Below, piece by piece: positions 10,801-19,657 of a stretch of DNA of 61,867 bases; position 1 is the stretch's first letter; each line of letters opens with the position of its first letter. The translations under genes were made by a program, and so were the position numbers. The DNA comes from a virus: IMG/VR virus record IMGVR_UViG_3300045988_069456. One strand, written 5' to 3'. The notes beneath the pieces were generated by a model. That model did no database searches. It had not been told where the DNA came from and saw only the letters and a list, made by a program, of their open reading frames with translations.

Positions 10801-11252
10801 TACAGAACCCAGCCGGCGCCAGTATGTACTCCGACATGAGAACCGGAGGAGCTGACAGTGCATTTACCAGAGTGGCAACAGGACAGGCGCAGCGGATGAA
10901 AAAGAAATTTTCCGGTGCTAGTGTTTATGGAGATTACCAGATAAAAATGAGCACGGAAGTCCTGGAACGCACAGATTACTATGCTTTTGAATGGGATAGA
11001 TTTGGCGAGGTTGCGGACATAAGCCAATACGGAAAAAGTCCCATGCAATTTGTTAAGGACATGGAAAGCGGCTTCCAGGGAAGCAACGAAATCATGTTCC
11101 GAAACGGGATAGATAGCAGATATTTTACAGAAATTATGTGCAACAGCCGACAAGAGCGGCAGCACCTGTTGAGCGAACTTCACGCGCAGGGTATAATGGA
11201 CATAAACGGTATTGATATCGAAAAATTTATAACCGTAGGGAGTGGATTGTAA
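7827..11252 (+). CDS. polyvalent virion protein: MuF/SPP1 gp7 head-morphogenesis domain plus kinase-like, Rho_N/SAP-like and ART-like domains
   Basis: The MuF signature CDICNGLEGQ...PPAHPQCRCAV lies at aa 264-306. The kinase-like catalytic loop NYDSHGGNF and GVDKEQSF lie at aa 466-491. LKKMGKADLLQMAKAQNIAYCNNMNKQQLIDSL lies at aa 631-663. The C-terminus has candidate H-Y-E positions (VYHSVS, GASMYSD, SNEIMF). Confidence 0.8.
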   Translation: MQFKKIRIRKATGKKKSQGGQNALNKLNSFLNAASAEPAYILHSTWTNQQNAITYKEIREAIMNGHMSESTFRQWQQDYSKMVSDKLSPVWVKAMETASLGVQEQHDSFFFDHTWPGVTKWVQEHGAEFVTNISAEQKNAVSALIARAYSKGESAEELSRAIRPCIGLTQRQAIANANYYDHVKDSLLKNNPGMKEATAAKKAQEAAAKYAAQQHRYRANMIAETEMAFAYQHGEYEAVKMAQAQGLMGVVEKVWSTAYDDGVCDICNGLEGQTIGIDDNFNFKLNKLLFGGQRLTPPAHPQCRCAVEYREISPPVIQPAQSQTPGPSIPDPATPSVPGSLQMPQGMKDKGLAHLGGTGEMHLCEDGSGTEWLFKPAQSKSGTPEEFRAYVQEAGYKVQGIVDPDTAVKVGTGNIGGQFGAYQQKIDVDPNGFDFKAWQQYGTKGLTADQVQQIQREHVTDWLLGNYDSHGGNFVTDTSGRLIGVDKEQSFRYITDKASQKMTYAYHPNSKYGETEPLYNTVFRKYANNELDLNPQDTLAYIKRVEAIPDKEYREIFRGYAESLKGKGKDAEQLLDAIVERKQNLRETYRTFYTDLLTQRTGKKQAAFVWADEAQNTAKTIQAATHDVAALKKMGKADLLQMAKAQNIAYCNNMNKQQLIDSLSDPVKAKQCSKDVRDRLAANQAARNAKTTPKAPAATNTGHLPPGTKTAEDVFTDFDKIHPGPKQGQAVWSDADKVEGMNLSARRMIIDGDVHYEITGKLRSSAWDDVLQRMDGANPTVPAQRINMSFETTAPTARAWTSNTLVETQANIHGVVTYLDSYDQKYASFELYSGKQQGLHSWDGYFRIRVRSSGDGVADAKKAAELLKKVGLDEVTRTPTAAAEETLKKARLVWSQAPNRVDELRNLAGSSLVKKLDEIIIQENINVVQLASMKLQSEYNGYITYVVPGLAKDLEKAGAKYVYHSVSREGDVIKILQSGGISSTMSRIKQGIQNPAGASMYSDMRTGGADSAFTRVATGQAQRMKKKFSGASVYGDYQIKMSTEVLERTDYYAFEWDRFGEVADISQYGKSPMQFVKDMESGFQGSNEIMFRNGIDSRYFTEIMCNSRQERQHLLSELHAQGIMDINGIDIEKFITVGSGL

Positions 11253-11674
11253 TGGACGACAGAAAAGCATACTGGTTTGAACAGCCGCACATGCCTGGCA
11301 TGTTTAATGTGGCCGTGCAGCCTATTGCGGATCCGCGGGACGGGCGCCTGCATTTTGCGGTGCCTGCTTCCGGTATATGGGCCTTGACCGGAAAAGTGAT
11401 CAAGGACACCGGGGACTATTTTGAATTTGAGTGTAATGACAGCGTTATGGGTGCCAGAGGCGGCACCTATAAATTTTCTGCACTGGATATTAAGACATTC
11501 CGGAAAGAGACATGCAAATGGATAGCCCAGGGAAAAGAAATTGCTGAGTGCTGCCAGAACACAGCAGATCTGCATTTCTGGTACCGGAAGAACTGGCCGA
11601 ACCCACGTGTCTATGAAATAGGCGAGTGGGAAATGAAAGAGAACCAGCGGAAGAAACGCCGCACGGACATTTAA
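11252..11674 (+). CDS. hypothetical protein
   Basis: TAATG-coupled to the upstream gene. 140 aa with no recognisable motif. Confidence 0.5.
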   Translation: MDDRKAYWFEQPHMPGMFNVAVQPIADPRDGRLHFAVPASGIWALTGKVIKDTGDYFEFECNDSVMGARGGTYKFSALDIKTFRKETCKWIAQGKEIAECCQNTADLHFWYRKNWPNPRVYEIGEWEMKENQRKKRRTDI

Positions 11675-11751
11675 AATCAAAAACGTACATTTTTGAGTGT
11701 AAAACGTGCCAAAAATCAACAGTAATGTGCAGAAATGCCATTTAACACAGA

Positions 11752-11780
11752 GCGTCTGGAAGAACCCCAGGCGCTTTTTT
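11752..11780 (+). terminator. rho-independent terminator candidate
   Basis: The stem is gcgtctgg / ccaggcgc (one G-U pair), the loop is aagaacc, and T6 follows. Confidence 0.55.
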
Positions 11781-11801
11781 CATACCTAAAAGGAGGAGAA
11801 A

Positions 11802-12266
11802 ATGCAGACTTTCAGTGACATTATTAAGAGCCGGGCGCAGCCGATTGAGAAAAAGGGGCGCTTTAAGGTTCAAAAAGTAGACGAGGACAAGCGACTTGTA
11901 TTTGGGTGGGCCAATGTGTCCGTAGATGTGGGCGGCAATGAGGTTGTTGACCTGCAGGAGGACATGATTGACCCGGAAACCCTGGAAGCCGCGGCCTATA
12001 AATTTGCAGAGCTGTACCGAGACGGCGGGGAAATGCACGAAAGAACAGGAACCGCAGTCATGGTGGAAAGCGTTGTGCTGACTGAGGAAAAGCAGGCAGC
12101 AATGGGACTGGCCGCCGGTACCTTGCCGGTTGGTTGGTGGATCGGCTTCCGCGTCACTGATGATGACGTGTGGGAGAAAGTAAAAAGTGGAGAATACAGC
12201 ATGTTCTCCATTGGCGGCACCGCAATCCGGGAAGAAATTGAGGACGACGGAGCCGTAGCAGAGTGA
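11802..12266 (+). CDS. XkdF-like putative prohead serine protease
   Basis: AAAGGAGGAG SD. Motifs KRLVFGWANVS ... GWWIGFRVTDDDVWEKVKSGEYSMFSIGG are typical of the PBSX XkdF family. Confidence 0.7.
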   Translation: MQTFSDIIKSRAQPIEKKGRFKVQKVDEDKRLVFGWANVSVDVGGNEVVDLQEDMIDPETLEAAAYKFAELYRDGGEMHERTGTAVMVESVVLTEEKQAAMGLAAGTLPVGWWIGFRVTDDDVWEKVKSGEYSMFSIGGTAIREEIEDDGAVAE

Positions 12267-12274
12267 TAAGCAGG

Positions 12275-12298
12275 AACACCGGGAAACTGGTGTTTTTT
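12275..12298 (+). terminator. weak terminator or attenuator hairpin
   Basis: The stem is aacacc / ggtgtt and is followed by a T-run. The stem is short, so confidence is low. Confidence 0.3.
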
Positions 12299-12332
12299 GT
12301 TTATAAAATTTTAGAGAGGAGGACACGGTCAA

Positions 12333-13631
12333 GTGGCAAAGACAAAGCTGAAAGACCTGGAAGTAACAGAGGTTAGCCTGGTGGATGCTGGCGCAAACCA
12401 GCACGCGCACGTTGCCCTGTATAAGAGAAACGGCGGGAAACCGGAAGAACAGCCAACAGGCCAGAATCCGGAACAGACACCAGCAAAAAGCGGCCTGCAC
12501 AAGTTCTTTTCTGCCATTGGCAAGGCGTTGAAGCTGGACCAGGCGGACATTGACAGCGCAGTGGCCGACATTGAAAAAGCAGATACATTCAATGACAAGA
12601 TGGAAGAACGCAAACTCCGCCGCATTACTGATGAAATTTGGGACGTGTGTTTTGCACTGGAAAACAGCTTGTGCAGCATTATCCGGGACGAAGAAGTAAC
12701 GGACAAGGCCGCACTGATGAACCAGAGCATTGACGAGTTTGACGTGGCCATCAAGGGCCTGGTTACTTCCTGGGGCGCAGGTAAAACGGCACAGATTGTA
12801 AAAACAGCTGGCGCCGTGAGCGTGGAGCACATGCAGGAAACCGTTGACCGCCTGGGAGGGATGATTGAAAAGGCGACAGGCAAACAGCAGCCGCCGGAAA
12901 CAGAGGATCCTAAACAGGAGGGCGGGGAGACACCGCCGGAAGATAACGGAAAAACCAAAACAAAGAAATCTATAGGAGGAGAAACCGACATGAAATTCAA
13001 CGAGGCAAACATGACAGCAACAGACCGCATGGCGTTTGAAGAACTTAAAAAGCGCTATGGTGTTGAGGATGGAGCTGAGGGCGCAGGAGCAGGCGCAGGA
13101 GCAGCGCCGGAGGGCGTAGGCAAGGCAGCGGGCACCGGAGTAGCAGAAGCCCCAGGAGCGGCCGCTGAGGGAGCACAGGGAGCAACAGGACAGCAGGCAG
13201 CAGGCGAAGATATTTACAAGGGTCTGCACCCGTTAGTGGCAGCTGAACTGATCGCACTGAGAAAGCAGGCAGACGCAGCACAGGAGGAAAAACTTTACAA
13301 CGTTGCGAAGAAGTACGAGATCATCGGCAAGAAACCGGAAGAACTGGTCCCGACATTAAAGGCGCTGCAGGCAGCAGGCGGCACTGCATACGACGACATG
13401 ATCGGCGTGCTTGACGGAGCAGTGGCAGCGGTAGAAAAATCTGGACTTTTCGGAGAGGTTGGCAAAAGAGGCGTAGGAGCCACAGGAGGCACTGACGCAT
13501 GGAGCCAGATCGAAAAGAAAGCGGAAGAAATTCGCAAGAGCAACGCCGCCCTGAGCTATGCAGAATCCATTGACGCTGCATGTGTACAGAACCCTGACCT
13601 TGTACATGAGTATGAGGCAACAAGACGATAA
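12333..13631 (+). CDS. scaffolding protein (putative)
   Basis: GTG start after AGAGGAGG. 432 aa, rich in Ala, Glu, Gly and Lys with low-complexity segments. It lies between the protease and the capsid genes. Confidence 0.6.
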   Translation: MAKTKLKDLEVTEVSLVDAGANQHAHVALYKRNGGKPEEQPTGQNPEQTPAKSGLHKFFSAIGKALKLDQADIDSAVADIEKADTFNDKMEERKLRRITDEIWDVCFALENSLCSIIRDEEVTDKAALMNQSIDEFDVAIKGLVTSWGAGKTAQIVKTAGAVSVEHMQETVDRLGGMIEKATGKQQPPETEDPKQEGGETPPEDNGKTKTKKSIGGETDMKFNEANMTATDRMAFEELKKRYGVEDGAEGAGAGAGAAPEGVGKAAGTGVAEAPGAAAEGAQGATGQQAAGEDIYKGLHPLVAAELIALRKQADAAQEEKLYNVAKKYEIIGKKPEELVPTLKALQAAGGTAYDDMIGVLDGAVAAVEKSGLFGEVGKRGVGATGGTDAWSQIEKKAEEIRKSNAALSYAESIDAACVQNPDLVHEYEATRR

Positions 13632-13644
13632 GGAGGCAAAGAAC

Positions 13645-14031
13645 ATGAGCTATTACGGAACAACTATCAATGACAGCGCGGTAATTGTGGTAAAAGCAGG
13701 GGAAGAGATTCCGGCACCGGCTTTTTTAGCAGTTGGCGCTGATGGAAAAGTAGCAACTGCAGGCAAGAACGCAATCGGTATTGTGCTGCCTGGATGTGAC
13801 GATAAGGTAACAGTGGGCGACGACCTGGACGTGCAGATCAAGGACATTGGCGCATGGACAGCTGGCGCAGCCGTAGCATACGGCGACGAGCTGGCAGTCG
13901 GAGCAGGCGGCAAGGCAGTAAAGGCAACAGCAAAGTCCTTTATCGTTGGCATTGCACTGGAAGAAGCAACCAAAGCAGGCCAGCGCATTGCTGTACAGAT
14001 CGTAAAAGCAGGCTACAAGCCAGCAGAATAA
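13645..14031 (+). CDS. DUF2190-family capsid decoration/cement protein
   Basis: AAGGAGG SD. 128 aa, Gly/Ala/Val-rich (AVGADGKVATAGKNAIGIV ... GDELAVGAGGKAVKA). It lies directly upstream of the major capsid gene. Confidence 0.65.
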   Translation: MSYYGTTINDSAVIVVKAGEEIPAPAFLAVGADGKVATAGKNAIGIVLPGCDDKVTVGDDLDVQIKDIGAWTAGAAVAYGDELAVGAGGKAVKATAKSFIVGIALEEATKAGQRIAVQIVKAGYKPAE

Positions 14032-14053
14032 TAAACAGGAGGAATAAAAGACT

Positions 14054-15085
14054 ATGAGCAGAAATGTAATGAGCACCAACGCAGGGATCGCGGCAGAAAT
14101 TGCAAAAGGATGGAAGCCGAACCAGTACCTGACTAATATGTCCCAGGCGTATTTCGCACAGCCTGGCGACTGGGTGGCACCGTCCATTTTCCCAATTTGT
14201 CCGGTAGCTACTAGCTCCGGATTTTACTACACATTCGACAAGGGAGATCTTGCGAGGGACAACGTAGCCCGCAAACCGGCGTTCGGAAAAGTTAATCCGG
14301 CCATCATGGGAACAGGAGAAAACCAGTATGGCTGCAAGGTTGACCAGGTTATTGTCGGCATTGACCAGATCGCAGCATTGAACTACCAGCGCAGTCATGC
14401 GCCGGGCGTACAGGATCCACGCCGTGCCAAGGTTCGTTTTGCTAACGAGCAGATGAGCCTGCACCTTGATATCCTTTTCGCAAAAGGATTTTTCCACAGT
14501 GGAGTATGGGGAGACGAATGGCAGGGAACAGACAGCAACCCAAGCGGCAAGAAGTTCCTGAAATTTAATGATGCCAACTTTGATCCGGTACACTTCTTTG
14601 ACGAGCGCCGCCGCGATATTAAGCGCAGAGGTCGCCGCCAGCCTAACCGTTTAGCCCTGGGCTATGACGCATACCTGGGACTGAAAGAACATCCGGACAT
14701 TGTTGAGCGTGTGAAGTACACCGGATCAACCGCAAACCCGGCTATCGTAACACAGCAGGTTCTGGCCCAGGTACTGGGATTTGAACAGGTTAAGGTACTG
14801 GAATCTACATACAATGTTGCAAAACCAGGAGAAGAGGCTGACATGCAGTTTATTTGCGACAGCAACGCAGCCCTGATGTGCTATGCAACTAACACTCCGC
14901 AGGTAGACGAGCCGTCCGCCGGCTATATCTTTACATGGGATATGCTGGGAAATGGTTCCTATACTGCTATGGATCAGTACGAGGGAGAGAACGGAACACA
15001 CAGCGAGTTCATTGAGGGACTTATGAGCACCGACATGAGAAAGACGGCCGACGATCTGGCAACATACTTTACTGATTGTGTGTAA
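14054..15085 (+). CDS. major capsid protein (lambda gpE-like family)
   Basis: 343 aa with a strong SD. It sits in the canonical position after the decoration protein and has a conserved-looking segment GSTANPAIVTQQVLAQVLGFEQV. Confidence 0.85.
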   Translation: MSRNVMSTNAGIAAEIAKGWKPNQYLTNMSQAYFAQPGDWVAPSIFPICPVATSSGFYYTFDKGDLARDNVARKPAFGKVNPAIMGTGENQYGCKVDQVIVGIDQIAALNYQRSHAPGVQDPRRAKVRFANEQMSLHLDILFAKGFFHSGVWGDEWQGTDSNPSGKKFLKFNDANFDPVHFFDERRRDIKRRGRRQPNRLALGYDAYLGLKEHPDIVERVKYTGSTANPAIVTQQVLAQVLGFEQVKVLESTYNVAKPGEEADMQFICDSNAALMCYATNTPQVDEPSAGYIFTWDMLGNGSYTAMDQYEGENGTHSEFIEGLMSTDMRKTADDLATYFTDCV

Positions 15086-15104
15086 TGCCTGAAAGGAGGA
15101 TGTT

Positions 15105-15545
15105 ATGAGCTATGTATGCGTAAAGCCGATCACACTACTCGGCAACAATTACAAGCCGGGAGAGCTGATCCAGGATGGACACATCCTCCCGTCCAGAGAG
15201 CGTGCGCTGGTACGCACTGGCTGCATTGCTGAGGTAACAGGAGGCACTGAGCTTCCTGTTGCTGAGCTGGTGCAGGTAAAAACGGGGGAAGAGGTTACAT
15301 TTTCCGTCCCGGTAGTGCAGGAGTCTGACGGGGACACAGCCCAGGTTATGGGTGTGCCACTGACAGAGGGAGACGTGCAGCATATTTTTTCTATTATGCA
15401 GATGAACGCGGAAGAAGCGGCAAAAGCAGTTAAGGACGTGAAAAACGAAAACGTTTTGATTGTGTTACACGCTGCTGATTCCCGCAACACTGTAAAGAAA
15501 GCTGCCAAGAGCCAGGCAGAGGCCCTGGAGCCTGCAGAAAGGTAA
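15105..15545 (+). CDS. hypothetical head-associated protein
   Basis: GAAAGGAGG SD. 146 aa. Confidence 0.5.
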   Translation: MSYVCVKPITLLGNNYKPGELIQDGHILPSRERALVRTGCIAEVTGGTELPVAELVQVKTGEEVTFSVPVVQESDGDTAQVMGVPLTEGDVQHIFSIMQMNAEEAAKAVKDVKNENVLIVLHAADSRNTVKKAAKSQAEALEPAER

Positions 15546-15556
15546 GGTAAAGCCGC

Positions 15557-16006
15557 ATGAAGAAAAAGACGTATACCTATAATCCGGAGAAGATAGGAGA
15601 GCCTGGCGTTGACCGTATGCGCTTCGAGATAGGCGACACCATGGTCGAGGGCGAACAGGAAACCAGCGCTTTGTGCAACGAAGAATACGAGGCCATCATT
15701 GCGGCAAGAAAGACGTGGAAGCGTGCCAAGCTGGCCGTACTGGAAAGCATAATGCGCCGGTTCGGCATGGAAGTGAACACGACGGTCGGACCGTTGAAGC
15801 TGGAAATGCAGAGCCGCGCAGAATTTTGGCGGAAACAGTACGAACAGCTGAAAAAAGAGTGCGGAGCTGACACGGTACCAACGGCCGGAAAGGCTTCTCC
15901 GGAATCGGGAACAGACGGAGGCCATTATTTTTATGGTGGTATGCACGACAATGCGTATGCAAAAACAGGAGGGGGCGAGCGCGATCTTTTATTTAAGACC
16001 AGGTAA
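15557..16006 (+). CDS. hypothetical protein (head-tail connector candidate by position)
   Basis: 149 aa. Assigned by position only. Confidence 0.4.
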   Translation: MKKKTYTYNPEKIGEPGVDRMRFEIGDTMVEGEQETSALCNEEYEAIIAARKTWKRAKLAVLESIMRRFGMEVNTTVGPLKLEMQSRAEFWRKQYEQLKKECGADTVPTAGKASPESGTDGGHYFYGGMHDNAYAKTGGGERDLLFKTR

Positions 16007-16322
16007 TTTGTACAAGGACTTTCTTGTTGCAAAATGCACCAGCGGCATAGATGGGAAAGGCCGCCCTGTAAAAAAATACGAAAGCAACGACAGTGCCGTG
16101 ATACATGCCGTTCTGGCCCAGGCAACACCGCAGGAAAAAGCCAGATGGGAACAGATACAGCACCCGATCACACACACGATTGTGGACCGGGGACACCCGA
16201 AAGCGGTGGAAACGGACCAGCTGACATGCGGAAACCGCAAGTTTTATGTGCAGGGCGTTGACGAACCGGGGCAGCTGGGACTGTATACCATCTATTACGT
16301 GGAAGAGAGGGCAGACGTATGA
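15951..16322 (+). CDS. head-tail adaptor / head closure candidate
   Basis: ORF 15933..16322. The start is ambiguous (ATG 15951, ATG 15957 or TTG 16008). Assigned by position. Confidence 0.4.
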   Translation: MRMQKQEGASAIFYLRPGNLYKDFLVAKCTSGIDGKGRPVKKYESNDSAVIHAVLAQATPQEKARWEQIQHPITHTIVDRGHPKAVETDQLTCGNRKFYVQGVDEPGQLGLYTIYYVEERADV

Positions 16323-16738
16323 GCGTGCCTGATATAAGCGTTGAAGTAGCAAAGAAAGTGACCGCTATCGGCCAGGAAATGAAATCCAGAGCCACAAGAG
16401 GCAGCAGGGCGCTGAAAAATGCGGAGCTGCAAGTGCTGAGAGGGCAACGAGGCGGCAGGAGCTACAAGAAATCATTTAAAAAGAGCAGTTACACGGCGTC
16501 TGCACCGGGCGAACCGCCAGCAGTGCGCAGTGGAAAATTGCGGAGCAGCTTCAGACCGGTGGCAGGATCCTCCGGCGGGGCTTTATCCGTAAAAGCGGCC
16601 ATTGAGACAGACACTCATTATGCAGGGTGCCTGGAACATGGCACAATCAAAATGGCGGCAAGGCCATACGTGGAAAAGATTAAGCAGAAAGCGGAACCCG
16701 AAATCAAAAGCATTTTCGGAGCACCGTACAACGTGTAA
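16319..16738 (+). CDS. HK97 gp10-family tail-completion protein
   Basis: ATGA-coupled to the upstream gene. The C-terminal motif YAGCLEHGTIKMAARPYVEK is typical of gp10-like proteins. Confidence 0.6.
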   Translation: MSVPDISVEVAKKVTAIGQEMKSRATRGSRALKNAELQVLRGQRGGRSYKKSFKKSSYTASAPGEPPAVRSGKLRSSFRPVAGSSGGALSVKAAIETDTHYAGCLEHGTIKMAARPYVEKIKQKAEPEIKSIFGAPYNV

Positions 16739-16750
16739 GGAGGTGCCAGC

Positions 16751-17050
16751 ATGGCATTGATAAAAGACAGAGCGGCACCTGTTTTTGACAGTGAGCAGGT
16801 GCACAAAGGCGACCTGATAAGGGCAAAGCATAAAACATGGGACGAGTACAGAAACGGGCTTATTGTTGGGATAACCAGCAATGAGCTCGTTGTGCTTTAC
16901 CACACTGGCATAGGGAATGTTTCAAACCACTTTGTAATGCTGGCAAGTGAAGTGGCTGGCGGGGAATGGCAGGGAACCTGGACGGAGGACATGCAGGCCG
17001 TACAGGACATTGTACCCGCAGCAAATGAAAGCGACGGCGTGACAGCATGA
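16751..17050 (+). CDS. hypothetical protein
   Basis: TAAGGAGGTG SD. 99 aa. Confidence 0.5.
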   Translation: MALIKDRAAPVFDSEQVHKGDLIRAKHKTWDEYRNGLIVGITSNELVVLYHTGIGNVSNHFVMLASEVAGGEWQGTWTEDMQAVQDIVPAANESDGVTA

Positions 17051-17916
17051 CTCTGGAAGAACTGATCTATACCAGGCTTGTTCAGGAGAAAGAACTGGCA
17101 GAGAGCCTGGCAAAGTATGAGGGCGTTCCGGCGGTGTTTTTACAGAAAGCACCGGACGACAAAGCCCAGGGGTGGGGAGTGAGCCAGTACCCCCGCGCTG
17201 ATTACCTGGTAGACATGACAGCAGACCCGGAACGGCACAGCAGCGGCATGGTAAGCGTGAACGTATACAGCGACGACACAGGCAAGCCACCGGAGGAGTT
17301 GGCGCCGCTGGTGCGCATAGCGCTTTGCGACGTGGTAATGCAGGCGGATGATGGAGCCTATTGTATTACCTGGGCCAGAACGGAGCTGTTTGAAATGAAT
17401 GACAGCCAGAACCCTAACACCCTAGTAAACGGGTGTTCGCTTACATTTTTGCTGATTGCATTCCCGCAGCAGATCACACAGGCACCAGATCCGGCACTTT
17501 CAATGCAGGAATTTTTGAAACGCTGGGAAACAGACGCCCTTGTGATCAACAAAGACCATATTGAAAGTTTTTATGAGCCGAGTGACTTCCACCCGGCTAT
17601 TTATGTGCGCATTTCCGGGACGAAAAAGAAACACCAGACATGCGCACTCACATGGATGGAGTGCAGCATGGCCATACATGTGATCGCACCAACGCCGGAG
17701 GCAAGGAACAGCTGGACACGGTATCTATATGACACCCTGGCCAGACTGGGAGAAATTATCCTCCTGGACGGTGCACCGCTGCTTTTTGATGAATTGGCGG
17801 TTGATAATGCCGCCGACTACCTGACCAGGGGGCAGATAACCATCAAAGGGCAGTATGCAACTGAGAATTTCAGTGAGTATTCCCACCCACTGAAAGAAAC
17901 CTATTTCAACAAATAA
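17047..17916 (+). CDS. hypothetical protein (tail completion or sheath initiator candidate)
   Basis: ATGA-coupled. 289 aa. Assigned by position only. Confidence 0.45.
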   Translation: MTLEELIYTRLVQEKELAESLAKYEGVPAVFLQKAPDDKAQGWGVSQYPRADYLVDMTADPERHSSGMVSVNVYSDDTGKPPEELAPLVRIALCDVVMQADDGAYCITWARTELFEMNDSQNPNTLVNGCSLTFLLIAFPQQITQAPDPALSMQEFLKRWETDALVINKDHIESFYEPSDFHPAIYVRISGTKKKHQTCALTWMECSMAIHVIAPTPEARNSWTRYLYDTLARLGEIILLDGAPLLFDELAVDNAADYLTRGQITIKGQYATENFSEYSHPLKETYFNK

Positions 17917-17929
17917 GGAGGACGAAGAA

Positions 17930-18217
17930 ATGGCAACAACCAAGAAGCCCACAGAAGCCACAGAAACGGCTGAACAGGTGCAGGCGGACAATTCCAGGGC
18001 TGAGGCCGTAAAAGCCGAAAATGAGGCGGCTGAGAAGCTCACAGCACCGGTCTACACTGCCGAAGAATACGCCAGAGCAGCTGCAAAAGTGTTTGAGGGC
18101 AAATACAGCCCGGACATTGTGCGCGCTGCTTTTGCAGTAGCCGGAAAGAAAGAAGCGACCAAAGCGGAAGCTGAGGAGCTTGTAAAGAAATTTGCCAACA
18201 AGGAGGTTAAAAACTAA
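17930..18217 (+). CDS. hypothetical protein
   Basis: AAGGAGG SD. 95 aa, Ala/Glu/Lys-rich. Confidence 0.5.
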   Translation: MATTKKPTEATETAEQVQADNSRAEAVKAENEAAEKLTAPVYTAEEYARAAAKVFEGKYSPDIVRAAFAVAGKKEATKAEAEELVKKFANKEVKN

Positions 18218-19638
18218 TGAGCGGATTTTTTGTTGTAGGAGAAAAGAAAGAACGCCCTGGCGTATACAAGCGCTATGAGAACGCGGGCGGAGTAGAAGCA
18301 GCCGGAGCCAGATCCGGCGTCGGTTGCGCACTTGTAACAGGTAACTGGGGAGCATTAAACACACCGGTCACGATTGACCAGAGCACTGATGTTTCCAACG
18401 TTATCGGTGCGGGTTCCGGATATGATGCTATCACAGCATTTATGGCCGGAGGCATGGAGGAGTGCGTTGTGGTACGTGTTGGAACAGGCGGAACACCGGC
18501 AACAATTACCTTGAAAGATACCACAGCCAGCGCCGCTGCTGATGCTGTTGTGCTTACAGCGCTTTATCCGGGAAACAGAGCATTTACCATTACCGTAAAG
18601 GCTTCCCTGGATGATGAAACAGCAAAAGAGGCAACCATCTATGAGGGAACAAAAGCCCTTGAAAAAGTAACCTTTGCAGCCGGAAAAACAGAGGTTGACG
18701 GAATTGTGGCCGCATTTGCAAACAGCAAGTACGTGAAAGCTACAAAGAAAGCTCCAGGAAACGGCACTCTGGCAGATGTTACACAGAAAGCCTTTACTAC
18801 TGGTACAAACCCGACAGTAAACACCGCAGCATACGGAGAAGCTGCAAACGCAAGTGAGGCAGAAGTGAGAGACATGATCATCGTTGACACCAACGACGCA
18901 GCAGTCCACACACTGATTGCAACTCACGTTGCCAGAGTATTCCAGGAGGGAGCATATACCATGGCGACCGTGGCAGAGCCTAGCTCCGTGGAGATTGAAA
19001 CCCGTATGCAGCACGCAGCAGCATTCAATGACGAAAAAATCCACTATGTACTGAATCCGTACATTGGCACAGACGGCGTTGAGTATGAGGGTTATATGCT
19101 GGCGGCAAGAATCGGCGGTCTGATTTGCGCCGGTGCTGCAAATGCTTCCCTGACTCATACCGTGATCAGCGGAGCAGCAGGCCTGAAAGAAACCCTGAAC
19201 AGCGGAACCATTAAGAAAGCCCTGAAATCCGGTTGCCTTGTGCTGTCCACCAGCAAGAGCAAGCAGGTATGGATTGAAAAGGCGATCAACACTCTTGTAA
19301 CCCTGAGCAAAGACCAGGATGCAGGTTGGAAGAAAATCCGCCGCGTGAAAGAGCGTTTTGAGCTTATGGATCGTGTTGAGCAGACTACTGAGGTCCTGAT
19401 CGGCCAGGTGGACAACGATCCCGACGGCCGCGCAGCTGTTATTGCAGCCACACAGCGCGTTATTGACGCAATGGTGGGAGAAAAGAAGCTGTTATCCGGT
19501 ACCGTAATTGAGGACGAGGGAAATCCGGCGCAGGGAGACTCTGCATGGTTCATTATTGCTGTTGACGACCTTGACAGCATTGAAACTATTTACCTGACAT
19601 TCCGCTTCCGTTTTGCAGCTGAGGAAGATTCCGAGTAA
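18217..19638 (+). CDS. contractile tail sheath protein (XkdK-like)
   Basis: 473 aa, TAATG-coupled. It is followed by the tube, chaperone and tape-measure genes. Confidence 0.85.
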   Translation: MSGFFVVGEKKERPGVYKRYENAGGVEAAGARSGVGCALVTGNWGALNTPVTIDQSTDVSNVIGAGSGYDAITAFMAGGMEECVVVRVGTGGTPATITLKDTTASAAADAVVLTALYPGNRAFTITVKASLDDETAKEATIYEGTKALEKVTFAAGKTEVDGIVAAFANSKYVKATKKAPGNGTLADVTQKAFTTGTNPTVNTAAYGEAANASEAEVRDMIIVDTNDAAVHTLIATHVARVFQEGAYTMATVAEPSSVEIETRMQHAAAFNDEKIHYVLNPYIGTDGVEYEGYMLAARIGGLICAGAANASLTHTVISGAAGLKETLNSGTIKKALKSGCLVLSTSKSKQVWIEKAINTLVTLSKDQDAGWKKIRRVKERFELMDRVEQTTEVLIGQVDNDPDGRAAVIAATQRVIDAMVGEKKLLSGTVIEDEGNPAQGDSAWFIIAVDDLDSIETIYLTFRFRFAAEEDSE

Positions 19639-19657
19639 AGAAAGGAGATAAAGGACA

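Noticed and set aside
11742-13229. A 495-aa ORF on the minus strand
   Set aside because: It runs antisense to the XkdF-like protease and scaffold genes, both of which have SDs and recognisable motifs. Its product is Cys/Leu/Phe-rich and low in complexity, and it has no SD. It is a shadow ORF.
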